A DNA stretch of 64,000 nucleotides from an uncultured Clostridia bacterium (GCA_947630145.1 CANRGL010000002.1:8437-72436); one strand, 5' to 3'; shown: positions 9,409 through 19,254, counted from the first letter of the stretch. Notes: a model not told the origin generated them from the sequence alone. Program-made: numbers and translations.

Positions 9409-10236
9409 TTACATAAACATATAGATTTTTAAAATTATATATACTATAGGTGCAACAAATAATATGCTATCACATCTATCAAGTATTCCACCATGTCCTG
9501 GCATAAGTGTTCCAAAATCCTTTATTTTACAGAATCTCTTAATAGAAGATGCAGCCAAATCACCGAATTGGCCTACTATACTAGAAACTACTCCCATTAA
9601 TAATACAATATATATATTTAAATCTATTTTTAAATAATAATTAGATATAACATATATTACAATATATGATAATATTGTTCCTATAATACCTGCAACAAAT
9701 CCTTCAATTGTTTTTTTAGGACTTATATCAGGGCATAGTTTATTTTTACCAAACTTTCTTCCAAATAAATATGCAAAAGTATCACATGCAAAAGCACCCA
9801 TAATTACAAACCATATAAATAGTCTACCATTTTCCATCATAAGTATAAGTTTTAGAAACGAAAATAAAAATGGTATATAGAAAATTGAAAGAACTGATAT
9901 TGCTACATCAATTATATTAACTTTTAACTTAGTCAAAATTGCATATATAAATGTCAAAATTATAATTATAGGAATAAATATTTTAATGAACAATATTATA
10001 TTACTCGTACTTAAATTAAATTCAAATAAAAATATTGTAAAACAACTTAAATAGCTAAGTATTGGTACTAATTTATATCCTATAGATTTAAAAGCCTTGT
10101 TATATTCATAAATACCTAAAATTGATAGCAAAAATATAAATATTGTATCGATTAATGGAATATTTATCCACAATATTGATATAACTAAGGCTATAAGTAC
10201 TGTTCCAGTAATTACTCTTTTTTTCACTATACTCAA
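9409..10236 (-). CDS. cdsA: Phosphatidate cytidylyltransferase
   Basis: Polytopic membrane protein ending 'SxxKRxxxxKDxGxxxPGHGGxLDRxDS'. Confidence 0.9.
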   Translation of the reverse strand: MSIVKKRVITGTVLIALVISILWINIPLIDTIFIFLLSILGIYEYNKAFKSIGYKLVPILSYLSCFTIFLFEFNLSTSNIILFIKIFIPIIIILTFIYAILTKLKVNIIDVAISVLSIFYIPFLFSFLKLILMMENGRLFIWFVIMGAFACDTFAYLFGRKFGKNKLCPDISPKKTIEGFVAGIIGTILSYIVIYVISNYYLKIDLNIYIVLLMGVVSSIVGQFGDLAASSIKRFCKIKDFGTLMPGHGGILDRCDSILFVAPIVYIILKIYMFM

Positions 10237-10247
10237 ACCTTCCGCTT

Positions 10248-10796
10248 CTATATTTCCATAATTTCTTTTTCTTTTTCTTCTAATTTCTTATCTACATTAG
10301 ATGTAAATTTATCTGTTATTTTTTGAATATCTTCTTCGTTTGATTTTAAGTCATCTTCTGTAATTTCAGAATTTTTTAGCATTTTTTTATACTCATCAAT
10401 TGCATCTCTTCTTATATTTCTAATAGCAATCTTAGCTTCTTCACCTAAAGTTTTTGTTTCTTTAACTAATTGTTTTCTTCTTTCTTCATTTAACTCTGGT
10501 AACATCAATCTTAAAGAATTGCCATCGTTTATTGGATTAAGTCCTAATTCTGCCATATTTATAGCTTTTTCACAAGCAGATACCATACTTCTATCCCAAG
10601 GTGTAACTAATATTTGCCTTGCTTCTGGTACTGATATTGTAGCTACTTGATTAATTGGACTCATAACCCCATAATATTCTACTTGTACTTTATTTAATAT
10701 TGCAGGATTAGCTCTTCCTGCTCTTATTAAACTTAATTCTTCTTCTAAATGTTCAATTACTTTTTTCATTCTTTGTTCAATTTGTTCGTATTCCAT
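10248..10796 (-). CDS. frr: Ribosome recycling factor
   Basis: Classic Frr sequence ('RAGRANPAILNKVQVEYYG...'). The start at MEYEQ sits 6 nt after GGAGG. Confidence 0.95.
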   Translation of the reverse strand: MEYEQIEQRMKKVIEHLEEELSLIRAGRANPAILNKVQVEYYGVMSPINQVATISVPEARQILVTPWDRSMVSACEKAINMAELGLNPINDGNSLRLMLPELNEERRKQLVKETKTLGEEAKIAIRNIRRDAIDEYKKMLKNSEITEDDLKSNEEDIQKITDKFTSNVDKKLEEKEKEIMEI

Positions 10797-10885
10797 AAAA
10801 AACCTCCAAAAATACACTAATTATTATAGCAATAAAACTATAAAAAATCAAGATAAAGTATTTAAATGACAAATATTTAATTTAT

Positions 10886-12838
10886 TTAATAATATCCATA
10901 TAAATATTCATCTCTTGCTTTTTTTAATTTTATGACTCTACTTTTTATATATTCTTCTAATTTATTCATAAATTCATCTTTAGGAATCTTCTTTTCAGCC
11001 ACCATTGTTAGACCTTTTTCCCAACTTGCAGTAAGTTTTGGATTTAACATATCAGGTATAGATTTTTTTACAATATCATAAATTTTTTCTCCTTTTATAG
11101 TGGGAGTTAAAATTTGTGTTTTATTATTTATACTAATATATCCTATTCTATCTAACTTTTTTATTATTTCAGCTCTTGTTGCACTAGTTCCTATTCCACT
11201 TCCTTTTATTTGTTCTCTTAATTCTTCATCTTCTATAAACTTACCTGCATTTTCCATAGCAAGTATAATTGTTCCTGAAGAATATCTAACAGGTGGTGTT
11301 GTTTCACCCTCTTTAATATCAATATCTAAAATATCTATACTTTCACCTTTTTTTAAAGAATTCAATATATCCAAATTATTATTTTTTTCATCGTCATCTT
11401 TTTCTTCTTTACTAGACATATTTTCTTTTGTAACTTCTAAATATCCAGGTAAAGTACAAACTTTTCCTGAAGTACTAAACTCCTCATTATCTATACATAA
11501 TTTAAGAGATATCTTGTTATAACTTGCTGGTGGATAAAAAATACTTAAAAAACGTTTTACAATTATATGATATATATCTTTTTTTAATTTTTCTAGTTTG
11601 TTATAGTTTTCAAATCCCTGACCTGTAGGAATTATTGCATAATGGTCTGTTATTTTTTTATCATTTACATATTTAGTTTTTAATAAATTAGTAGAATACT
11701 TTTCATCAACCATTTTTTTAATATATTTTTTTATATCTTCATCTAAATTTGATTTATAAAGTCCATTTAAATTTTTTGATATTTCTTTTGCTACACTACT
11801 AGATAAAACTCTTGCATCAGTTCTAGGATATGTAACTAATTTTTTTTCATATAATTCTTGAATAATATTAAGTGTTTCATCAGGAGATATTTTAAATTTT
11901 TTTGAACATACATTTTGAATCTCAGCCAGATTAAATAAAAGTGGAGCATTTTCCTTTGTCTTTTTCTTAGTTATTTCTTTTATTACTGCAGTATTTGAAA
12001 AGTTTTTCATATATTTAATATGTGCTTTTGCATCCTCTTGTTTTTTAAATCCTGTTTCATTATATAATATTGGCATATTATATACTTTGGATTTTTCTGT
12101 AGATTGCCATTGTGCCTCAAAGTTATTATTATTGTCTCCAAATTTTCCTATTAGTTTATAAAATTTCTGCTTTTTAAAGTTTCTTATTTCTCTTTCTCTT
12201 ATTACAATCATTCCTAAAACGCAAGTCATAACTCTACCTATAGATATAACAGCTTTTTTATCATTTAAAGCTCTAGCTAATTCTTTACCATATATTAAAG
12301 ATAAAAGTCTTGAAAAGTTAATTCCAATTAGATAATCTTCTTTAGCTCTTAAATATGCACTATCTGATATACTGTTATATTCACTTATATCTTTTGCATC
12401 CTTAATTCCATTAATTATTGCTTCTTCAGTTTGAGAATCAATCCAGACTCTTTTTTTATTTTTACTTGGATTACCAGACATATCATCTACAAGTCTATAA
12501 ATATATTCTCCTTCTCTTCCAGAGTCCGTACATATATATATAGTATCAACATCTTCTCTATTTAATATATTACTTACTATATTAAATTGTTTTTTTACAC
12601 TCTCTATTACTTCATATTTAAAATTTTCTGGTATGAAAGGAAGTGTAGCTAAATTCCAGAATTTTAATTTTTCATCATACACTTCTGGATAACTCATTGT
12701 AACTAAATGTCCTACACACCATGTTACAATATATTCATCAGACTCAATATATCCATCATAATTTTTACCGTTTATTTTTAATATTTTTGCAAATTCTCTT
12801 GCCACACTTGGTTTTTCTGTTATTATTACTTTTTTCAT
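10886..12838 (-). CDS. topB: DNA topoisomerase III (type IA)
   Basis: N-terminal TOPRIM 'MKKVIITEKPSVAREFA', 'CVGHL' and 'TYPRTD' active-site Tyr region. Start chosen at the MKKV after the RBS. Confidence 0.85.
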   Translation of the reverse strand: MKKVIITEKPSVAREFAKILKINGKNYDGYIESDEYIVTWCVGHLVTMSYPEVYDEKLKFWNLATLPFIPENFKYEVIESVKKQFNIVSNILNREDVDTIYICTDSGREGEYIYRLVDDMSGNPSKNKKRVWIDSQTEEAIINGIKDAKDISEYNSISDSAYLRAKEDYLIGINFSRLLSLIYGKELARALNDKKAVISIGRVMTCVLGMIVIREREIRNFKKQKFYKLIGKFGDNNNNFEAQWQSTEKSKVYNMPILYNETGFKKQEDAKAHIKYMKNFSNTAVIKEITKKKTKENAPLLFNLAEIQNVCSKKFKISPDETLNIIQELYEKKLVTYPRTDARVLSSSVAKEISKNLNGLYKSNLDEDIKKYIKKMVDEKYSTNLLKTKYVNDKKITDHYAIIPTGQGFENYNKLEKLKKDIYHIIVKRFLSIFYPPASYNKISLKLCIDNEEFSTSGKVCTLPGYLEVTKENMSSKEEKDDDEKNNNLDILNSLKKGESIDILDIDIKEGETTPPVRYSSGTIILAMENAGKFIEDEELREQIKGSGIGTSATRAEIIKKLDRIGYISINNKTQILTPTIKGEKIYDIVKKSIPDMLNPKLTASWEKGLTMVAEKKIPKDEFMNKLEEYIKSRVIKLKKARDEYLYGYY

Positions 12839-13172
12839 GTTTACCTCTTTAATATTTAATATTATATAATAATTTATATAAAATATCAATCTAAATTTTA
12901 TATTATATAAATAAGTAAAGTAAGCTAGATATAATTATTTATACAAACATATAAAAAGGAGTAAAAAAATCAATATTTTTTTTAAATTTCTATTGGCAAT
13001 TTTAATTGTTTTTATATATAATTATTCTTGATATAGTTTTTGTTTTTCATAGTTAAATTATATAAAAAAAGCTATCTTTTTTTTAATGATTGATAGCTTT
13101 TTTTAATGCAAAAATGAGTGAAAATTTTTCACTCATTTTTGGTAGGAACTTCTTTACAGTCCCTTTAAATTG

Positions 13173-13739
13173 TTATTTGTATATAGCCTGATATAATAAT
13201 TTCACTATTTCTTCATGGTCATTTTTTAATGCAAGTCTCATAGCATAATTATTATTAGATGAGGGATCTACTCTTTCATCCTTAAGTAGCAATTTTACTA
13301 CTTCCGTATGACCGTATGCTGAGGCATACCTTATAGCATAATTATAATCTGCTGAAGGATCGACTCTTCTATCTTGCAAAAGCAATTTTACCACTTCTAC
13401 ATGACCATTTGCTGAGGCATAACTTATAGCATAATTATCTTTATCTGACGGATCTACTCTCTTGTCTTGCAAAAGCAATTTTACCACTTCTGTATGACCA
13501 TTTGATGATGCAATCCTTATAGCATAATTATTATCTACTGAAGGATCTACTCTTTCATCTTTAAGTAGCAATTTTACTACTTCTGTATGGCCACATGTTG
13601 AGGCCAACTCTATAGCAGAATTATTATCTATTGAAGGATCTACCCTTTTATCTTTCAAAAGTAATTGTACTACTTCTATATGACCATTTTCTGATGCATA
13701 CTGTATAGCAAAATTATTAGTTGCTGATGGTTTCAGCAA
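13173..13739 (-). pseudogene. Ankyrin-repeat protein, apparently 5'-truncated
   Basis: 5+ tandem 33-aa ANK units ('D..AI..AS..GHTEVVKLLL.D.RVDPS'). The ORF opens mid-repeat at a TTG with no RBS. A terminator hairpin lies at about 13112-13141. Confidence 0.6.
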
Positions 13740-13779
13740 ACTTGAATGTATAGAATGTGAAATAGGAGATATTAAAGAA

Positions 13780-14094
13780 ATGTTATGGTATATATATGAA
13801 GATTATTATACATTAATTAATGAAGATATATATACAAAAGCTAATCATTACGATAGATTAGGAACATATTTATTAAATATGCATTCTTTATTATTATCAA
13901 AACCAAAAGAAATAAATGAGTTTATAGAAGCTGTTTATAAAGAACGAAAAGCAAGAAATAATGAAAATTCAAAAGAGACAGAAAATAAATCGATAGAAAC
14001 AACTATATTTTATAATGAAGAAAAAAATGAATTCCAAAGAATACCAGTATATAATAGTATAAAGATGGTAGATGGAAAAATAATATATAGTTAG
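13780..14094 (+). CDS. Hypothetical protein (104 aa)
   Basis: ORF with an AGGAG RBS; no family recognised. Confidence 0.45.
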   Translation: MLWYIYEDYYTLINEDIYTKANHYDRLGTYLLNMHSLLLSKPKEINEFIEAVYKERKARNNENSKETENKSIETTIFYNEEKNEFQRIPVYNSIKMVDGKIIYS

Positions 14095-14287
14095 TATTCA
14101 AATTTATATCGAATATACATAGTAGTAGTTTATATTAAAAATAAAAAATATAATTATAGAAGCAAAAAATTTATAACAAGGTCAACTATTGATTTTTATA
14201 GTTAATCGCAAAAATAAATATTAGCAGAAATGCTGATATTTATTTTGTATAATTTTATAAATTTTAAGCATATTATATAGTATGATA

Positions 14288-14333
14288 TTTTTTATGCAAA
14301 AAACTTGCATAAAAAATTAATAAATGGTATAAT
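14288..14333 (+). promoter_or_regulatory. Promoter with extended -10, overlapped by a 12-bp-arm inverted repeat
   Basis: TTGCAT (14305-14310), 17-nt spacer, TGgTATAAT (14325-14333). The IR 'ttttttatgcaa'/'ttgcataaaaaa' (14288-14316) covers the -35. Confidence 0.55.
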
Positions 14334-14359
14334 ATAGAAAATGTTAGGAGGAATTTGTT

Positions 14360-15613
14360 ATGATAACAAGTTTTAGATTTGAAAATTGTTTTGCTTTTGA
14401 TAAGCAAGTAGAGATGGCTTTAAGAGCAGATATGAGGACAAAAAGATTTTCTTCAAATGTTTCAAATATAAATAAAAATATTAATGTATTAAAATCTGTT
14501 GCTATATATGGGCCTAATAATACTGGAAAAACAAGCTTTATAAATTGTATAAGAGCAATAAAAAGAACTTTACAAAATAGAAAAATAATGCTAAATGCTA
14601 ATATATTTACAAATAGTCCAATTTGTTATGAGTCTATTTCTTTTGTTTTTGAAGGCAAAGAATATTGTTATGAATATAAATTTGATTGTAATCAGCGTTC
14701 ATATATATATGAGAAAATGGCTGAAATAACAAGAGATCAGCATAAAAATAAAGGTGAAAATGTAATTTTTATAAAAGATACGATAAATGAACATTATGAA
14801 TGTCCATCGGACTTAAATTTACAAAATGTTTTAAATATAGCTTCTACAAATAATATTCTTATATATACAGTACAAATTGAAAAATTTGAAATTTTGCAAA
14901 AAATAAAAGAAATATTAACAAGTGTTGCTAGTAGTATAGAAATTGTTGATATGAATCATATTCCTAATTCAAAGACTATAGAAATGCTAAAAAATAGAAG
15001 TATGGAAACTAAAAAAATAGTTGACTTTATTAAGAATGCAGATATATATCTAGAGGACTATAGATATGAAGAAGATATACAATTTGAAATTGATGGAAAA
15101 GAAGCTGATGAAAAAGTTTTAAAAAATCAAAATTTTGTAGATCAAATAAAATTAGTTTCAGTTTACAAAGGGAAAGCAGTTCCTAGTATTATTTTTGATT
15201 CTTTAGGAACAAGAAAAATAGCAGCACTTGCTAGTTATGTAATAACAGCTATTGAAGAAGGAAAAACATTAATTGTTGATGAGTTAGACAGTAGCTTACA
15301 TTTTAAAATTACAAGAGCAATAATAAGTATGTTTAACAATGATATAAATAAAAATGCTCAATTAATTGCTACATTACATGACATTAGCTTATTAGATTGT
15401 AAAAAAATGTTTAGGAAAGAGCAAATTTGGTTTACAGATAAGAACGATAATGGAACAGAATTATATTCATTAAGAGAATTTAGCTATGATCAAGCAGGTG
15501 TTAGAGATACTACAGATATACAAGATAGATATAGCAAGGGAGCTTTTGGAGCTATACCAGATCCAGATTTAATTTCTACACTATTGGAGGTTGATATAGA
15601 TGAGAAAGTATAG
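14360..15613 (+). CDS. ABC-type AAA ATPase (AAA_15/AAA_21, COG1106-like), AbiLi/AriA-like
   Basis: Walker A 'GPNNTGKTS', Walker B 'LIVDELDSSLH', 'ATLHD', and C-terminal 'RYSKGAFGAIP'. Confidence 0.8.
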   Translation: MITSFRFENCFAFDKQVEMALRADMRTKRFSSNVSNINKNINVLKSVAIYGPNNTGKTSFINCIRAIKRTLQNRKIMLNANIFTNSPICYESISFVFEGKEYCYEYKFDCNQRSYIYEKMAEITRDQHKNKGENVIFIKDTINEHYECPSDLNLQNVLNIASTNNILIYTVQIEKFEILQKIKEILTSVASSIEIVDMNHIPNSKTIEMLKNRSMETKKIVDFIKNADIYLEDYRYEEDIQFEIDGKEADEKVLKNQNFVDQIKLVSVYKGKAVPSIIFDSLGTRKIAALASYVITAIEEGKTLIVDELDSSLHFKITRAIISMFNNDINKNAQLIATLHDISLLDCKKMFRKEQIWFTDKNDNGTELYSLREFSYDQAGVRDTTDIQDRYSKGAFGAIPDPDLISTLLEVDIDEKV

Positions 15614-16208
15614 TGGCAAGAAAATTTGTATTATCTGTGAAGGGTATGAGGAATTAGATTATATTGAAGCATTAAAAAATAAAGCTGTTTTTTCAAACAA
15701 GTATGATTTTATAACGGTTAATGCTAAGTCAATAAACACTATTATTGCAAGATATCAAGAAAAATACCAATCAGATTCATTTTCATTAGTATTAATATTT
15801 TGCGATACAGATAAAGGACCATCTGAAAAGTATAAGAAAATAAAACAAAAAATAAATGAATTTCATGAAGCAGATGTTGCAGATGACATTATTATATTTG
15901 GTAATCCGTGTACAATGCAAATCATACTTTCACATTTTGCAGAAATAAAATTAACTAGCCAAAGCAAGTCTGTAAATGCTAAATATATAAAAGAACTAAC
16001 AGGAATACAAAGTTACAAAGCAACAGATAAACAAAGAAAAGAATTATTTAGCAAAATCAAAAGAGAAAATTATGATGTAATGAAAGAAAATGTAAAAAAC
16101 TTATCTACAAATGATGAAGAACTATCTAGCACCAACATTTTAAGGTTTATTGAGAAATTTGAGAGTGATGATGATAGTTGGATAGATGAAATAAATAAAA
16201 ATTTATAA
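15600..16208 (+). CDS. RloB-domain (TOPRIM-like) protein, AbiLii-like partner
   Basis: N-terminal 'ICIICEGYEELDYIEAL' resembles the RloB 'CEGxxTExxY' motif. 14-nt overlap with the ATPase gene; GGAGG RBS. Confidence 0.65.
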   Translation: MRKYSGKKICIICEGYEELDYIEALKNKAVFSNKYDFITVNAKSINTIIARYQEKYQSDSFSLVLIFCDTDKGPSEKYKKIKQKINEFHEADVADDIIIFGNPCTMQIILSHFAEIKLTSQSKSVNAKYIKELTGIQSYKATDKQRKELFSKIKRENYDVMKENVKNLSTNDEELSSTNILRFIEKFESDDDSWIDEINKNL

Positions 16209-16280
16209 TTAAATTTTTATTATAAAATAGTATTTAGCAATATATATAAGTATATATTTTAATAAAATATAAGGAAGGAG

Positions 16281-16407
16281 ATGAAAAGTATACAAAAACA
16301 AAGACTAGTAACTCAGGAAAACAGAAAAAAAGATAGTACCTGTAAATGGATACACTAAAAAAGATGAAACAAAAGTAAAATATCATCGCAGATCAACACT
16401 AAATTAA
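16281..16407 (+). pseudogene. Small ORF frameshifted in an A7 run
   Basis: MKSIQKQRLVTQENRKK... shifts frame at A7 (16325-16331) into ...IVPVNGYTKKDETKVKYHRRSTLN*. Confidence 0.3.
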
Positions 16408-16670
16408 AGTGAAGTAGTTCCAAAGTTTAATAACTTTAGAGATTATTTTATCACTATTGTATTATATAAATAAATCTTATTATAACTTAAAAAATGAAAA
16501 ATTTTATAAAATACCTGATGTAAATGTTAAAATAAAACTGATAGAAAAATTCAAAATAAAATTGATAAAATTCTATCAGTTTTTTGATGTAAAATTTAGT
16601 ATAATTAATATATCTTTTCTTAAAAAAAAGATATATTAATGTAAGGGGTGGTAATTAAAGAGATATTTAA

Positions 16671-16850
16671 CATATTTCATTTCATGATTTAATAATACGA
16701 TTAAAGAAAGCACATAGTGAAAATAGATTAGAACAAAGATTAAAACAATTTTGCAAATATAGATTATTAATAATAGATGAAATTGGTTATTTACCAGTAG
16801 ATAGAGATGGAGCAAATTTAGTTATTATTAAGTCATTTAAATATTCATAG
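16671..16850 (+). pseudogene. IS21-family IstB helper ATPase fragment
   Basis: 'HDLIIRLKKAHSENRLEQRLKQFCKYRLLIIDEIGYLPVDRDGANL' is the IstB Walker B region. There is no N-terminus, no IstA and no IS ends. Confidence 0.6.
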
Positions 16851-17006
16851 GATCACCTTAATTATAATATATCATAAAAGAAAATAATTATTTTGTAGAA
16901 ATATAAAAATAGAGTGAATTCTATTTCCACTCTATTTAACAATATAATTTATAATTTTTTAAATATATTTATATTTCTCATAATATATTTTTCCTATTTA
17001 TATATT

Positions 17007-18767
17007 CTAATTTTTCACGTATACTTCTTGTTTATTATACTTTGTATGTAATAATTTATGTGCTTTTTTACCATTTGGTTCTTCTAAAAATTCTTTATAT
17101 AATTTTTTTACTTCTGGATTTTCATGTGATTTTCTATACTTTGCATTTTTATCTGCCTTATATAAAGCTTTTGCACGTAATTTTTTATAATCTACTTTAC
17201 TTGCTACAATATCACTTACAAGTGGTTGACCTCCTCCATTTATACAACCACCAGGACAAGTCATTACTTCAATAAAGCTATATTTTGATTTTCCTTCTTT
17301 TATTTCATCCATAAGCTTAGATACATTTGCAAGGCCTTGTGCTACTGCAATTGTATGTGTTTTTCCTTGTATATCTATTTTTGCTTCTTTTATTCCTTTA
17401 AATCCACGTACAGATTTAAATTCAACATTTTTTATTTCTGTTTTATCTAATAAATAAGATACACTACGAAGTGCTGCTTCCATTACTCCACCAGTTGTTC
17501 CAAATATATGTCCTGCACCAGTAGCTACTCCTAATGGACTATCATAATCTTCTTCATCAAGAGTTTTCAAATCAATATTTGCCTCTTTTAAAAGTCTTGC
17601 CATTTCTCTTACTGTAACTACATTATCAACAGCTTTTATACCATTTTCAAGTTTTAATTCATCTCTTAATATTTCTGCTTTTTTAGCAGAACATGGCATA
17701 AGTGCAACAGAGTAAATATCTTTTGGATTAATATTTTCTTTTTTAGCATAATATGTTTTTATAAGTGTACCCAAAATTTCCATAGGTGATTTTGTTGTAG
17801 ATAAGTGATTTAATAATTCTGGATAGAACTTTTCTGCATAAGTAATCCATCCACTACTACAAGAAGTAATCATTGGTAGATTTCTATTATTCTTTAATCT
17901 TTCAATAAATTCTGTAGCTTCTTCCATTATAGTTATATCAGCACCAAGATCAGTATCAAACACTTTGTCAAATCCAAGTTTTTTAAGTGATGCTACAAGT
18001 TTTCCTGTAACTAAAGTACCAATATCCATTCCAAATTCTTCACCAATTGTAGCACGTGTCGCAGGAGCAGTTTGTATTACAACGTGTTTTTTAGGATCAT
18101 TTAATGCTTCTTTTAATTCTTTTACATTACTCTTTTCAGTTAATGCTCCTACTGGACAATGAATTACGCATTGACCACATCCGACACATGTAGAATCTTT
18201 CATTTTCATATCAAGTGCAACACCTACTCTTGAATTAAAACCTCTATTCATATTACCAATTGCTGCAACACCTTGAACTTTACTACATATATTAACACAC
18301 CTTTTGCACAAAATACATTTAGCTGTGTTTCTAACTATACATGCTGAAGAATCATCAAATTGTGTTTCTGGCATATCTCCTTCATAGTCTAAATCTTCAA
18401 TTCCAAACTTTTTAACTAAATCTTGCAATTTACAATTTGTGTTTCTTATACAAGTAAGGCATTTTTTCTCATGTGATGAAAGTAAAAGTTGTAAAATAGT
18501 ACGTTTAGTATCAAGTAATTCTTTAGTATTTGTTCTTACTACCATACCATCTTCTGCAGGATATACACATGATGCCTTATATCCTCTAACTCCTTCTATT
18601 TCTACTAAACACATTCTACAATTTCCTACCTCATTTATGTCCTTTAGAAAGCATAGTGTTGGTATATCAATATTTAATTTTCTTGCTGCCTCTAGAATAG
18701 TTGTTCCTTTATCTACTTCTACTTTTTTACCATCTATAGTTAACTGTATTCTTTCTTTCTTTAACAT
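17007..18767 (-). CDS. hydA: [FeFe]-hydrogenase catalytic subunit (HydABC/Hnd type)
   Basis: N-terminal 2Fe-2S and multiple 4Fe-4S Cys motifs. H-cluster motifs 'MPCSAKKAE' and 'EVMTCPGGCINGGGQP'. Motif 1 reads 'TSCSSGW'. Confidence 0.9.
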   Translation of the reverse strand: MLKKERIQLTIDGKKVEVDKGTTILEAARKLNIDIPTLCFLKDINEVGNCRMCLVEIEGVRGYKASCVYPAEDGMVVRTNTKELLDTKRTILQLLLSSHEKKCLTCIRNTNCKLQDLVKKFGIEDLDYEGDMPETQFDDSSACIVRNTAKCILCKRCVNICSKVQGVAAIGNMNRGFNSRVGVALDMKMKDSTCVGCGQCVIHCPVGALTEKSNVKELKEALNDPKKHVVIQTAPATRATIGEEFGMDIGTLVTGKLVASLKKLGFDKVFDTDLGADITIMEEATEFIERLKNNRNLPMITSCSSGWITYAEKFYPELLNHLSTTKSPMEILGTLIKTYYAKKENINPKDIYSVALMPCSAKKAEILRDELKLENGIKAVDNVVTVREMARLLKEANIDLKTLDEEDYDSPLGVATGAGHIFGTTGGVMEAALRSVSYLLDKTEIKNVEFKSVRGFKGIKEAKIDIQGKTHTIAVAQGLANVSKLMDEIKEGKSKYSFIEVMTCPGGCINGGGQPLVSDIVASKVDYKKLRAKALYKADKNAKYRKSHENPEVKKLYKEFLEEPNGKKAHKLLHTKYNKQEVYVKN

Positions 18768-18799
18768 AATATACTTCTCCTTTCGAGCTACTAAAATTA

Positions 18800-19192
18800 T
18801 TATTTAATAATATCTAATACATACTTCTTAAATTTGCTTGATATTTTAATAATATATTGGTTATTATAATCGGCATAATAATCATCATTGTCATCAAAAG
18901 TTATAGTATTTCCATCACTAAATTTTAATTTAACTGATCCTAAAAATGCTAAATTCAACTCATGTTTTGTTTTGGTATTAGTATTTTTATAATATTTTAC
19001 TATATCGTGTTGCTGTTTAGATGTTAATTCTACCTTTTTATATTTAATTTCACTAGAAATATCTTCCATATCTCTTAAAAACAACTCTACTGTTAAATTA
19101 TTATTGCGCTTGTTATTTAAATAAAAGATTCCTATTATCAGTAAGCTAATAATTAAAAATGATAATAATATAATTAAAATATATTTTTTCAT
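18800..19192 (-). CDS. Hypothetical membrane-anchored protein (130 aa) inserted between hydB and hydA
   Basis: N-terminal TM helix followed by a soluble Asn/Lys-rich domain. Same strand as the hyd genes. Confidence 0.5.
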   Translation of the reverse strand: MKKYILIILLSFLIISLLIIGIFYLNNKRNNNLTVELFLRDMEDISSEIKYKKVELTSKQQHDIVKYYKNTNTKTKHELNLAFLGSVKLKFSDGNTITFDDNDDYYADYNNQYIIKISSKFKKYVLDIIK

Positions 19193-19254
19193 TAATTTTC
19201 CTCCGATAGTTTTGACTTTAATTTATATAAAATAATACTATGAGTTTTATTTGT

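Noticed and set aside
11100-11522. 140-aa plus-strand ORF
   Set aside because: It is antisense to topB. Same shadow-ORF reasoning.
8142-12838. frr-cdsA-rseP cluster lacks the usual pyrH, uppS, dxr and ispG neighbours, with topB sitting upstream of frr
   Set aside because: The gene order differs from the Bacillus paradigm, but absence from a 64-kb window says nothing about absence from the genome. It is not evidence of pathway loss.
13173-13739. Regularly spaced ~99-bp DNA repeats that could be mistaken for an array
   Set aside because: The repeats are contiguous with no unique spacers and are in frame as 33-aa ankyrin units, so this is not a CRISPR array.
16457-16639. 60-aa ORF in the islet's right flank
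   Set aside because: It is an extremely AT-rich Lys/Ile/Phe string with a TTG start, no RBS and no recognisable fold. It is probably non-coding.
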